64,000 nt of DNA from contig MU057716.1 in NCBI GenBank assembly GCA_013265495.1, forward strand, positions 1 through 64,000. Reading direction: 5' to 3'. The notes below the pieces were generated by a model. That model ran no database searches. It saw only the letters and a program-made list of their open reading frames with translations, and was not told where the DNA came from. How positions within the stretch are numbered: position 1 is the stretch's first letter; the number at the start of each line of letters is the position of its first letter. Both the position numbers and the translations under genes were made by a program. The stretch is from Vicugna vicugna (taxonomy: Eukaryota). Shown piece by piece: positions 25,341-36,790 of the stretch.

Positions 25341-26308
25341 CGATGGTGTCACTGTTTGTGGGACTGACAAGCCAGGGACCCCTCCAGAAACTTCTTTTCA
25401 TGAATTGGTAGGAAGGATGGATGGAAAGGTTGCTGTCTTTGCTTTGTCTGTGGTTTGGTCTAGTTTGCTAAAGAATAAGTGGTTTAGCCCGGGTATTTGG
25501 AGAGAAAGGAGGAGACGAGGACGATAGATGATGTGGCGTTTTAGCCCCAGCGCGTGGAGCGGGGCGGGGAGAGGGAACGATGTCCAAAGGAGAAGGTGCT
25601 TTTTCCCTAACGACTCAGTGAGACCCTGGTCACAAAGGGCTGCTTTTCCAGAACCCCGATGACAACGTACAACCACGGAGACAGAAGAGGAAGAAGTCCC
25701 CCCTTGCCGCCCAGAGCCCAGTGCCACGCGGACACGGCCCGGGTCACCGGGTTGGCAGCTGGCGGACGGCGGTCTTGGCACACACGCTGGCGTTTTCAAG
25801 GAAGGCATCCACCTCGGAGTGGCTCCTTGGCAAGGCGGCGGCAGCAGCGGCAGGACAACTAGGATGGTTTCTGTGCACATGCGCCGGGCGCACGGCAGAG
25901 GCAACAAACGCCTGCTGAATGGACCGGCGGACGAGACACAGCACCAGGAGGCCTCAGGGATAAACGGAGGGAGAGCATCCGCAGGGGGACCGAGTGCTCC
26001 AGAAATGGAGATGGAACAAGAGATCATCGAAATGTAAAGACGCATTTGTGTGGCCTCGTGTGCACCGTAGGCCGTACAGTGTGAGCGCCATCACAAGGCC
26101 CAAACCAAAGATCTGCTGGGTGTGTCAGACCCAGGATCCCTGGAGGTGGGTGAACCCTCATCTGAGCATTACTGCCAAAATTATGGTCCCCAAACTCATT
26201 ATTCTGCAAATTAGTAAATGAAAAAATAAAGCATTTATTCTGCCTCCCCTAAATGAACTGCATCGCAGAGCAGACAAATCACTGATGAAAGTTCTTAAGA
26301 AAATCCCA

Positions 26309-27720
26309 GTGTGAAGAAAATTGGGCATCCATGTGCAAAAGAAGAAACCCAGACTCCCATCTTACCGCACTCACAGAAACTAACTTGAAATAAACTGAAG
26401 GCTTACATTTAAGACCTGAAACCATAAAACTCCTAAAAGACAGCACGGCGGGCGGGGGCGGGGCAGGGAGCCCTGGGCAGTGGTCTTGGCAATGATGATT
26501 TGGCTGTGATGCCCACAAGTGCAAGCAGCAAAAGCAAAAATTAACAAGCGAGACTACATCCCACTAAAAAGCTCTGCACAAACCACAAAAGCAAAGGAAA
26601 TCACCAATAAAATGAAAAGACAACGTATGGAATGAAAGACAATATTTTCAAGCCGTATTCCTGATAAGAGGCTAATAATCAAAATATGTATAAAGGACTC
26701 TTACAAGTCAGTAGCAAAAATAATAATAATAATCCAATTTTAAAATGGGCCAAAGACCTGAATCAACATTTTTCAAAAAAAAGATATACAGATGGGCAGC
26801 AGGTTCATGAAAAGACACTGAACATCAGTAACCATCAGAGAAATGCAAAGCAAAGCCACGCCGAGCCATCACCTCACACCTGCTAGAGGGGCTCCTATCA
26901 AAAAGACAAGTGACAAGTGTGGGCAAGATAACAAGAGGAACGCCTATGCGTGGTCAGCAGAACTGTGAACTGGTACAGCCACTGTGGAAAACAGCATGGA
27001 GGTTCCTCGAGAAATTAAAAGTAGAACTACCATGTGATCCTGCAGCTCCACTTCTGGGTATGTATCCAAAGAAAACGAAATTAATATTTTGAAGAGACAT
27101 CTGCACTCCCATGTTCACATCATCATTGTTCACAACAGCCAAGGTATGGAGACAACCTGGGTGTCCATCGACAGATAAGCTGGATAAAGAAAATGTGGAA
27201 CATATATATTCAACGGAATGCTATTCAGCCTTTTTAAGAAAGGAAGATCTGTCATTTGCAACAACACGGATGAACCTGGAGCGTGTTATGCTAAGTGAAA
27301 TAAGTCAGACAGAGAAAGACAAATGCTGCATGGTATCTCTTATGCATAGCATCATAAAAAGACGGGATGTAACTCAGAGCCCCCAACACCGCTTAGGGCA
27401 TGTACTTGTCAAAAAGTCAACCTGAAAGCGATCAAGCCTCCATTAATTCTCACCTACAGAAAGTACAAGGGACTTACAGGAAATCAAGGACACCCTCCGG
27501 ATGTAAACAGCAAAACCCAGAAAGTGGGGACGCCTACGGGACACATAATTCACTTTCTCTAACAAATAAATTATAAGAAAGTAATAAAGGATAGGAAATT
27601 GATCGATTAAAAGTCATAAAAGACATAATAACCAATGCAATATGTAGACCTGATTTGAAAAAATCAACAGTCAAAAATAAATTACAAGACACTCAAGGAA
27701 ATCTGAATATTTCTAGACAT
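26309..27720 (+). mobile_element. Older L1 ORF2 3' region and 3'UTR fragments
   Basis: [26 protein letters not shown] and MLSEISQTEKDK. Confidence 0.88.
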
Positions 27721-27754
27721 TTGCTGATATTAAGACATTTATGTTAAAATTTTA

Positions 27755-28240
27755 GGTCAGCAACCTTTTCTATAAAGGGCCAGACAGTAAGTGTTTCAGG
27801 CTTTGTGGGTCTACAGTCTGGTGCAACTTCTCAACTATGTCATTGCAGCCTGAAAGCAGCCACAAACAACACACAACAGGTGGCTGTGGCTGTGTTATCT
27901 ACAAAAACAGACAACTGGATGTATTCTGTCAACCTCTGTTTTAGAGACACATATCGAAGGGCTTACGGATGAAGGTATGTGATTGGAGAGGGTATGTGAG
28001 TGAGCAGCATAAATGGAACAAGGCTTGTCATGTGCTGATCATCAGCTGAGGATGGGTCCATGGGAGGTCATTACACCAGTGGTTCTCAATGTGTGGTCCC
28101 TGGACCATCAGCATCACCTGGAAACTTGTTAGAAACACACATTTCAGGCCCCACCTAAGATTTACTGAATCAGAAACTCTGGGGGGTGGAGCCCAGTAAT
28201 CAGTTTTAAGAAGCACCCCAGCTGATTCTAATGCACACTA
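27755..28240. mobile_element. MER58A-like (27755-27940) and MER5A-like (28077-28240) MITEs inserted in L1
   Basis: GGTCAGCAACCTTTTCTATAAAGGGCCAGA; CAGTGGTTCTCAATGTGTGGTCCCTGGACCATCAGCATCACCTGG. Confidence 0.7.
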
Positions 28241-30114
28241 ACATCATTCTCTCTCCGTCCCCTCTCCCCCTCCCTCCTTCCCTCCACACCTCTCTCCCTC
28301 TTCCTCCATCCCTCTCCCTCCCTGAGCTCGCCTATGTGTTTGAAATTTTGAATAGTAAAGCGTTTTCTCCCAGTCTGACTCCCAAAGTGGCCATACCAGA
28401 GAAGCAGTCCCTTTTAGGAAACACAGTTGTTTTAGGAGGTGTGTGGTATGTTGCTGTAGCAGTGGAATTTAAAAATTCAAATGAGACAAACTCTTTTTAA
28501 ATCCTTCTTAGACCTATTACCTAACTCAAAACAAATGACCAGCACACACACCTTTTTTTATAGTCCTGGGCTTTTAAGAAAAAGTATTGTTATTAAAACA
28601 GAAGCTAACCCACCAGAAGTTTTATGTGTACCATCAGCTGAACATCTTTATCAGTTTTTCAGGGGGAAAAAAATCAGCTCTTTGATCTGAAAACATCTCT
28701 ATCATCAAGAACATACTATTTTGCAATACATACAAATATCAAATCATGTTGTACACCTGAAACTAATACAATGATATGTGTCAATTATACCTCGATAAAA
28801 AGCAACATTTTTTCCTAGTGCTTTACTTCATTTTTTACAAGTATCAGATATTATTTTCCAGATTGTGTGACATTTTAACAATGATTTACAATATTTATTA
28901 TGTTGATGTCTTGAGTTAATTTGAATTGAAAAATGTGCCAACTTTCCTAACCTCATCACCAGCAGATTTTTTAACCTTCTCATTATGCCAGCAAATAGTT
29001 CACTATTGTTTTGGAGATGAGGTATGTGAAGCCTGTCTCCATTATTCTTTAAAATTTATTCTAGCTTTTATAGGACGAAGATGCTCTCCGTGTGGCAAGA
29101 CAGTCTGTAGCACGTCATTGTGTTGCATAAATTCACTTCAGAGCCTCTCACCCCTTACGACTGAGCCCTCTTTACCTGTGACCAAGCAAATCAACCTCTC
29201 GCTCTAAAACGACCGACGGTGACGAGAGCTCTGGAGGAGACGTCCAGAACACAGCACGTTGCGTCTAGCGTATAACGTGAGCAGAGGTTACATCACTTCT
29301 ACTTCTTGATCTGATCTGCTGAAATGCCTTTAGTCTATCAGGACTGCAATCTACTACCAAAAGTTACCGTTTTTATGTTAACTAGTCAGTATCTTAAAAA
29401 GAGTATTTTCTACAGGATAAGTTATCCAGACATATTGTCTTCAATCTGTATAATAAGATACAGATTCTCCTCCACTGGTAAAGTGAATTATTTTATCAGT
29501 TAAGTTGATTTGGTTGCAAGAAATAGAAATTGCCTGGCTAACTTCCGCAGAAAAAGACTGTATGGGAAGAAGATAAGGGTAACTCACAAAATGGAACAAA
29601 ATGTGGAAAGAACAGACTCAGAAGGGGCAGGAACTAGGGCAACCCCAGAGAAAAGGGGAAGCAGGGCCGGTGAATGGTCACTGCGGGGAGTGCGGCAGGA
29701 CCCACAGTGCCGGCCACAGGGGGCTTCACACCACTCTCTTCAGGAGTGCAGACGCCTCCAGCCACCACCCGGGTCAGGAGGCAGCTTGTCACTGACTGTC
29801 GGTCCCATCAAAGCAAAGCCAGGTGCTATTAACAAGGGAGATGAGGGCAGATGGGGGCAAAAATGACAAACGTCCACTGAAACGTTAACTTTAAAACATG
29901 GGCAAAATACCACTTAAAAGCAAGTCAGTCAGAGGGATTTCTCACTCAAGAAATAGAGGCTGCCAAGGACATTGTCCATAACACAAGTCTACCATCTCTT
30001 TAATTCCAGCTGTATAATTGAAGACGCACACACACGCACACATAAATGAGTAAAACTTATAGATAAAGTATGTTAAATTTGAATCATATTTGGCCCAGTA
30101 ATGTAAGGGGCTCA

Positions 30115-30680
30115 TCCTTTCATTTGTCCACAAATATTTGGGCACAATTCTAGACACTGAGGATACGGAACTGAAAAAAACCGTTTTTAATCCTTGGGGC
30201 ATTTTATTTTTATATTTTCATCAGATGGGGGGAAACAATAGACAAAATAAATAAGTATATTACGTAGCATCTTAGAAGGGGACAGGTGTTATAGAGAAGA
30301 AGAAATCAGGGAAGACTGATGGGGGGGTAGGGAGCGCCAGGTCAAGGATGCAAATTTAAAGCCAGTGATCAGGGAAGGCCTCGGGGAGGCGACAATGGAA
30401 CGAAGACTTGGAGGGAGCAAGGAAGTCAGGCAGGCAAGTATCTGGAGGAAAGTGCTCCAGGAAGGAACAGCAGGTGCGAGGCACTGAGACAGGTGTACAC
30501 CTAGGGATTCAAGGACCACGAAGAGACCAATGTAGCTGGAACACTGGAGGGAGCCATGGGAGAGGGGGTGGAGGCGAGGTCAGAGTAAGAGGGCAATCGG
30601 GCCGCGCCAGCCCTTGTAGGCCACTCTGAAGTCTTGGGCTTTGTCTCTAAGTGAGACGGGAAACCCACACTGCAGAGAAT
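30115..30680 (-). mobile_element. L2 relic
   Basis: TTTCATTTGTCCACAAATATTTG...GTGATCAGGGAAGGCCTC...CCTTGTAGGCCACT. Confidence 0.65.
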
Positions 30681-30859
30681 TAATGCTCCCACCTAAGAAT
30701 TCGTCCTTCCCTTGAATCATCTTTCTATTCCAAAATCTATCAAATGACAAAACATCCTCTTCCCCCCAGTTCTCAAAGCCTGTCTGTACACTGCCTGGAG
30801 GACTAAAGATTTCTACAACGTCCATGCACTTCCTCACTCCCAGAAGATCACTACCCGAC

Positions 30860-31552
30860 TGTGTACGTCAGCGTCCAACTGGGAGACAGAAATCACACAG
30901 CAACTCTAACAAGGGAAGTTTAATTATCACAGAAGATTAGACTAACGGGGATGACCACCCTGAGGGCTGAGACCGAGTGCCCAAGGAAGAGCCCCGCCCC
31001 CCGGGGGTGAGGCCTGCACCTTGTCAGAGGGCGCGGTCACAGCTCGCTGGGGAGAGGGGAGCTGCCAAGGTGCCGTTACTGTGGGAAGCTGCTGGAGCCC
31101 CACCCTCTGGGGTGCCAGAGAGAGCCACTCACAGGGAGGTGCAGAGCTGCACAAGCAGCTGCCAGGGAGGCCGCTGGGTGCTGCTGGTTGCCATGCACTC
31201 ACTGCAGGAGCCAAGCAGCGGAGGAGCCATTCACTAAAGGAGCCGAATGCTGGAGAAGCCACACACCACAGAAACTGAGTGCTGAATAAAGCTATGCCCT
31301 GCACTGCCAGCCTGTAAGACAGAAGTCTCACAGAGGGCAGGAGCCTGCCAAGAGAACACACTGGAACCCTGGTGCCAAACCAGAAAGAAAAAAACTTTCT
31401 CCCCCCAAGTGTCCCTCTAGCGCCCTCTGCTGACAAGGTTTAACATCGTGCTAGTTGGCTCAGAAATATTTCAAGAACCCGACTCTATTTTCAAAGAGCA
31501 GGCAATAACGGATGGATCTGAAGCTGAGAGGCAATAAAGGGGTAACTGGCAC
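30860..31552. mobile_element. ERVL LTR, LTR41-like
   Basis: GGGAGACAGAAATCACACAG..., CCCTCTAGCGCCCTCTGCTGACAAGGTTTAACATCGTG and GCTGAGAGGCAATAAA resemble the recalled LTR41 consensus. Confidence 0.6.
31418..31435 (-). promoter_or_regulatory. CTCF core motif inside LTR
   Basis: Minus strand TGTCAGCAGAGGGCGCTA. Confidence 0.55.
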
Positions 31553-32506
31553 CCCCTTCTTTTCTTACTTGGATGCAGCATTCACAGCATAAACTGCTGA
31601 TGAACTGCAATATTGCACTTTTCTTAGGGTGGCTACTTTCTAACCCAAGCTACCCTCCTACCCCAGAAAATCCAAAGCCGTGCCTAAGTGTGAAGGTCCA
31701 GGTTCTGAGAAATATAGTCTATCCATCCTGAAAATTCTACACTTAGAAAATACCTGAACGTCTACTTAGGGCACTGAAGGTCTGGGTGCACCTGTTAAAC
31801 AGTGCCCTGTGTAGGTCTGGGTGCACACTGTTCTATGTACTCATAAATTCAATTGATTTTATTCACCTTGAATTCTTGCCTCTTCCCATTTGCTTCTGTT
31901 TCTTCTTTCTGAGGTAAGCGCACAACTGTTGTCCTCTCCTACCTGGATGTATTATGAATGAATAGCCCAGGAAAAGGGACCTTGATGGAAAGAGCACTGG
32001 CTCTCTGTCAGGCAGAACTGGTTGTGAATTCTGACTCCATCGCTTGCTGGGTGTGTGGCCTTAAGCAGGTCACTTAATTTCCAGGAGCTTCAGTCTCCTC
32101 ATCTCTACTTGGGACACCACCACCCACCTTGCAGGGTTTAAAAGGACCGTCTGGGGCATCTGCTAAGCCCCAGAGAGAGTACCTATTTTAAAAGACGGCC
32201 TGGATCTGTGATTCCTGCTGCTCTCTCATCTACTAGGAATTTTACTCAACTGCCCATGGTGAACATTGCAAGCGTGCCAGGTTACTTCGAACCTTCACTC
32301 CACAGCCAGCCACTGAAGCCGAAAATAAAGCTTTGTAAAATGTTCCACTAATTACCATAGAATTTCTAAACAATGGTCCAGAGTTGTTGGGGGGAAAAAA
32401 AACGTAATGAGCACAGACACTGAAGGGTCACAGATTCTCAGAAACATTAGCTGTCCTGCTACCCCTCCCTGAATTTTGTTATTCTTTATAATGAGAAATG
32501 TTTTTT

Positions 32507-32659
32507 AATTTTTTACTTACTTTATTTTATATTTTAGGGGGAGGTAATTAGGTTTATTTGTTTGTTTGTTTGTTTGTCTGAATGGAGGTACTGGGGATTG
32601 AACCCAGGACCTCATGCATGCTGAGCACATGCTCTACCACTGAGCTATTCTTTCCCCCC
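32507..32659 (-). mobile_element. tRNA-Ala-derived SINE (same family)
   Basis: Same head and CCTAATTACCTCCCC body. TSD ATGAGAAATGTTTTTT 32491-32506 / ATGACAGATGTTTTTT 32660-32675. Confidence 0.9.
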
Positions 32660-32751
32660 ATGACAGATGTTTTTTAAAAGTCAAATTTGCTTTCTACTTT
32701 AAAGTGTCTTGCTGTAAGAATTCCATTCTCAACTTGGAAAGTTCAAATGAC

Positions 32752-33252
32752 TTCTTACAGGACAACTAAGCACTCCTTTACATAGAATGCAGCTGCTGAC
32801 GATGGTTTACCAAATGGAATGAGGTGCCACCCTAAAAGGACTGTGAAAATACAACCCAAACTTGAGATCTGTACACTTTGGGGAGAAATACCAGAATGAA
32901 CCCAGACTCAAGTTTCTCATTGCAATAAACAAGTTGCTAGAACTTTCCCCTAATTTAATCTAATCTCAATTTTCAAAAGCCACAATGGACTTTCTAGACC
33001 ATTCTTACAGGACAACTAAGCACTCCTTTACATAGAATGCAGCTGCTGACGATGGTTTACCAAATGGAATGAGGTGCCACCCTAAAAGGACTGTGAAAAT
33101 ACAACCCAAACTTGAGATCTGTACACTTTGGGGAGAAATACCAGAACAAACCCAGACTCAAGTTTCTCACTGCAATAAACAAGTTGCTAGAAATTTCCCC
33201 TAACTTAATCTAATCTCAATTTTCAAAAGCCACAATGGACTTTCTAGACCAT
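32752..33252. repeat. Tandem duplication, 250 bp period
   Basis: TTCTTACAGGACAACTAAGC starts at 32752 and 33002. About 5 substitutions between copies by eye. Confidence 0.97.
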
Positions 33253-33348
33253 ACGTTCCTTGGGTTCATTTCCTATCACCAGTGATTTTCCTACTCATCA
33301 CCAGACCTGATGCCAAATATTTTTTCCACTTTTTAAAGTAGATGTAGC

Positions 33349-34188
33349 CATCATTCAAAAGTCCACAGAGGATAAATGCTGGAGAGGCTGTGGAGAAAAG
33401 GGGACCCTCCTACACTGCTGATGGGAATGCAGTTTGGTGCAGCCACTGTGGAAAACAGTATGGAGATTCCTCAAAAGACTAGCAATAGACTTACCATATG
33501 ACCCAGTAATCCCTCTCCTGGGCTTATATCCAGAAAGAACCCTACTTCAAAAAGACACCTGCACCCCAATGTTCACAGCAGCACTATTTACAATAGCCAA
33601 GACATGGAAACAGCCTAAATGTCCATNNNNNNNNNNNNNNNNNNNNNNNNNNNNNNNNNNNNNNNNNNNNNNNNNNNNNNNNNNNNNNNNNNNNNNNNNN
33701 NNNNNNNNNNNNNNNNNNNNNNNNNNNNNNNNNNNNNNNNNNNNNNNNNNNNNNNNNNNNNNNNNNNNNNNNNNNNNNNNNNNNNNNNNNNNNNNNNNNN
33801 NNNNNNNNNNNNNNNNNNNNNNNNNNNNNNNNNNNNNNNNNNNNNNNNNNNNNNNNNNNNNNNNNNNNNNNNNNNNNNNNNNNNNNNNNNNNNNNNNNNN
33901 NNNNNNNNNNNNNNNNNNNNNNNNNNNNNNNNNNNNNNNNNNNNNNNNACAGACTGGGAGTTCAAAATTTGTAGATACTGACAGGCATATGTAGAATAGA
34001 TAAAGAAGATTATACTGTATAGCACAGGGAAATGTATACATGATCTTGTGGTAGCTCACAGCAAAAAAAAATGTGACAATGAATATATGTTTGTTCATGT
34101 ATATCTGAAAAATTGTGCTCTACACTGGAATTTGACACATTGTAAAAAGACTATAACTCAATAAAATAAAATTTAAAATAATAATAAT
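33349..34188 (+). mobile_element. Young lineage-specific L1 3' fragment (spans the N gap)
   Basis: ORF2 C-terminus [13 protein letters not shown], 3'UTR and A-rich tail. TSD AAAGTAGATGTAGC 33335-33348 / AAAGTAAATGTAGC 34189-34202. Confidence 0.92.
33627..33948. other. Assembly gap (322 N) inside an L1
   Basis: N run. Confidence 1.
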
Positions 34189-35734
34189 AAAGTAAATGTA
34201 GCTCTTCCTTGGCAAGAGAGTTCTGAAGTTTCCTCTGAGCCAATTGAATTCTCAACACAAGATCAGACCAACAGGAATATAATGGAACCCAGGTGTTAGA
34301 CTAATTACTAATCTAACCATAAATGGAGAAAGGGAAATATTAATACATGATGAAATTGCTGTGTTATTACAGAATCCATCATAACGAAGTGATGCCCTCA
34401 CTTTGCTCAGAGGTTAACCGTGCGGACGGTACTGTATTGACCGGATGCTAATGAGTTGTGTGTGTAGCAGCAGGTAAGCAGGAAACGGCAGAAGGAAGCT
34501 ACTGTGACAGGTACATAATTACAATGGAAGTCATGTCTCGGGTAATGAACAGGATTCACATCACATCTTCCCAGTCACAGCACAATTTCTCCAGCTCTGT
34601 TTAGAATAATCGGTGGGATTATTTGACAGCAAGATGACATTTTGACTTTGGAACAAATTTTCTCCTAGAAAGCACAGTGACCCACTGACGCTGTAAGATG
34701 CAATTAGACACAGCCATGCTGGGCAACTTATCTCGTTCTAAACATGCAAATAGTAGAAATGTTCATTAGCACAGGAGCTTCTTCAGTCTTTGCATGTATC
34801 CCTTTTGGTCTATGGCTTGGTCATATGCAATGGATGCATTTTGAAATTTTTTAATTGCCTATTATTGAAGTTTGAAGTTTCACAATTTTAAATATGGAAC
34901 TCTGGCAGCTGAAACCAGCACCTGCGGTGGGTCAGATCTTTACTGTACACAGAGATTGTGTTTCAAGGAGATTATCTGGTTGATAGTCTATCTAAACCCA
35001 TTAACCAAAAAAAATCCATTTTATAAAGGAATTTTATTACAGTGTAAAATGTAATATGCTGGTAATATGTCTGCATTCTTACCAGTCCAGTTGTTTTATT
35101 TAAGTATGTGAAAGAGAGAAATCCTCCTTTTGTATGCTTTCCAGGTTTTGCCAAGTTCAGGATGGGAAGTCTTTCTCTGGGGAGGGGTGGGGGGTGTCTG
35201 TTGTGTGCATGCCTATGCATTCATGTTTGTCTACATTTAGTCATCTCTCAATTAACTGCATATAAAATAGCAAAGTTTTCATCCCACACTGATGTCCCCT
35301 GCCATCACTCAAAACCACCCTCCTCTCTCTTCAAAGTGTATTCAGGAGAAATCAGTAAGTTTTAACATTAGACTAAACAAATAATTAAATGGAAGAGAAG
35401 TCTAAAATAAATTATTTGTTATCTGTCATAATCAAATTATTTAAGCATCAACAATGCACTTAAAATCATGAAAAATAAGATAAATGTATTTTGCTTCTGT
35501 GGTATAGGCAGCATTTAAAATATACTCAGAAAACACTGGAAACTTGTGTTGTTCTATTGCACACTATGAACATGTCGTTAGTCAAAAGCAAAAAAAAAAA
35601 AAAGCACTAACTTCTTGGTGTGACAGTGTCTGATTGCCAGAGATTAGCAGACTAAGCTTCTGCAACATTCATCTGTAGCAAGGGACAATGCAACTACCTC
35701 CTGAGGTTTATTGTGAACATGTAATGAGATAAAG

Positions 35735-36790
35735 CAGGGCTGAGCACACCATGACCATGAGCCAAATCTGGCCTACCATCTACTTTTTTTCTAACAGCCC
35801 ACAACATAAGAACAGAGTTTACATTTTTCAATGCTTTTTTTAAATCAAAAGAGTAATATTTCATCATATGAAAATGGCATAAAGTTCAAGTTTCAGCACC
35901 TGTAAGTGAAGTGATGCTGGACCACAGCCCCACTCACTCGTTTTGTGTCATGGATGCCGTGTCCACATGACAACAGCAGAGTCGAGAAGCTGCAGCAGAA
36001 ACCATATGGCCTGCAAAACCCATATTTCCTGTCTAACCTTCCTACACTGCTGGTGGGAATGCAGCTTGGTGCAGCCACTGTGGAAAACAGTATGGAGATT
36101 CCTCAAAAGACTAGGAGTAGACTTACCATATGACCCAGTAATCCCTCTCCTGGGCTTATATCCAGAAGGAACCCTACTTCTAAAAGACACCTGCACCCCA
36201 ATGTTCACAGCAGCACTATTTACAATAGCCAAGACATGGAAACAGCCTAAATGTCCATCGACAGGTGACTGGATAAAGAAGTTGTGGTATATTTATACAA
36301 TGAAATACTATTCAGCCATAAAAAATGATGACATAACGCCATTTGCAGCAACATGGATGTCCCTGGAGAATGTCATTCTAAGTGAAGTAAGCCAGAAAGA
36401 TATAGAAAAATACATGAGATCGCTCATATGCGGAATCTAAAAATTGAACATAAATACAAAACAGAAACAGACTCATAGACATAGAATACAAACTTGTGGT
36501 TGCCAAGGGGGCAGGGGGTGGGAAGGGACAGACTGGGATTTCAAAATGTAGAATAGATAAACAAGGTTATACTGTCTAGTACAGGGAAATATATACAAGA
36601 TCTTGTGGTAGCTCACAACAAAAAAAAAGTGACAATGAATATATGTATGTTCATGCATAACTGAAAAATTGTGCTCTACACTGGAATTTGACACAACATT
36701 GTAAAATAACTATAACTCAATTTTAAAATGTTAATTAATTAATTAATTAATTTCCTGTCAGGCCCTTCACAGAAGTCTGCTGATCTCTGA
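35735..36790 (+). mobile_element. MER58B-like hAT-Charlie element split by the L1, itself within a MIR
   Basis: CAGGGCTGAGCA...GCCAAATCTGGCC...ATGGCCTGCAAAACC [L1] GGCCCTTCACAGAAGTCTGCTGATCTCTG. Confidence 0.7.
36034..36749 (+). mobile_element. Young L1 3' fragment (same family) inserted in MER58
   Basis: ORF2 C-terminus [14 protein letters not shown]...SLICGI*, 3'UTR and (TTAA)n tail. TSD ATTTCCTGTC 36024-36033 / 36750-36759. Confidence 0.92.

Noticed and set aside
25398..26045. 215 aa minus-strand ORF
   Set aside because: Low-complexity, GC-driven stop avoidance, with no recognisable domain or splice context.
33434..34098. Long ORFs containing X runs
   Set aside because: Artefacts of the N gap inside an L1.
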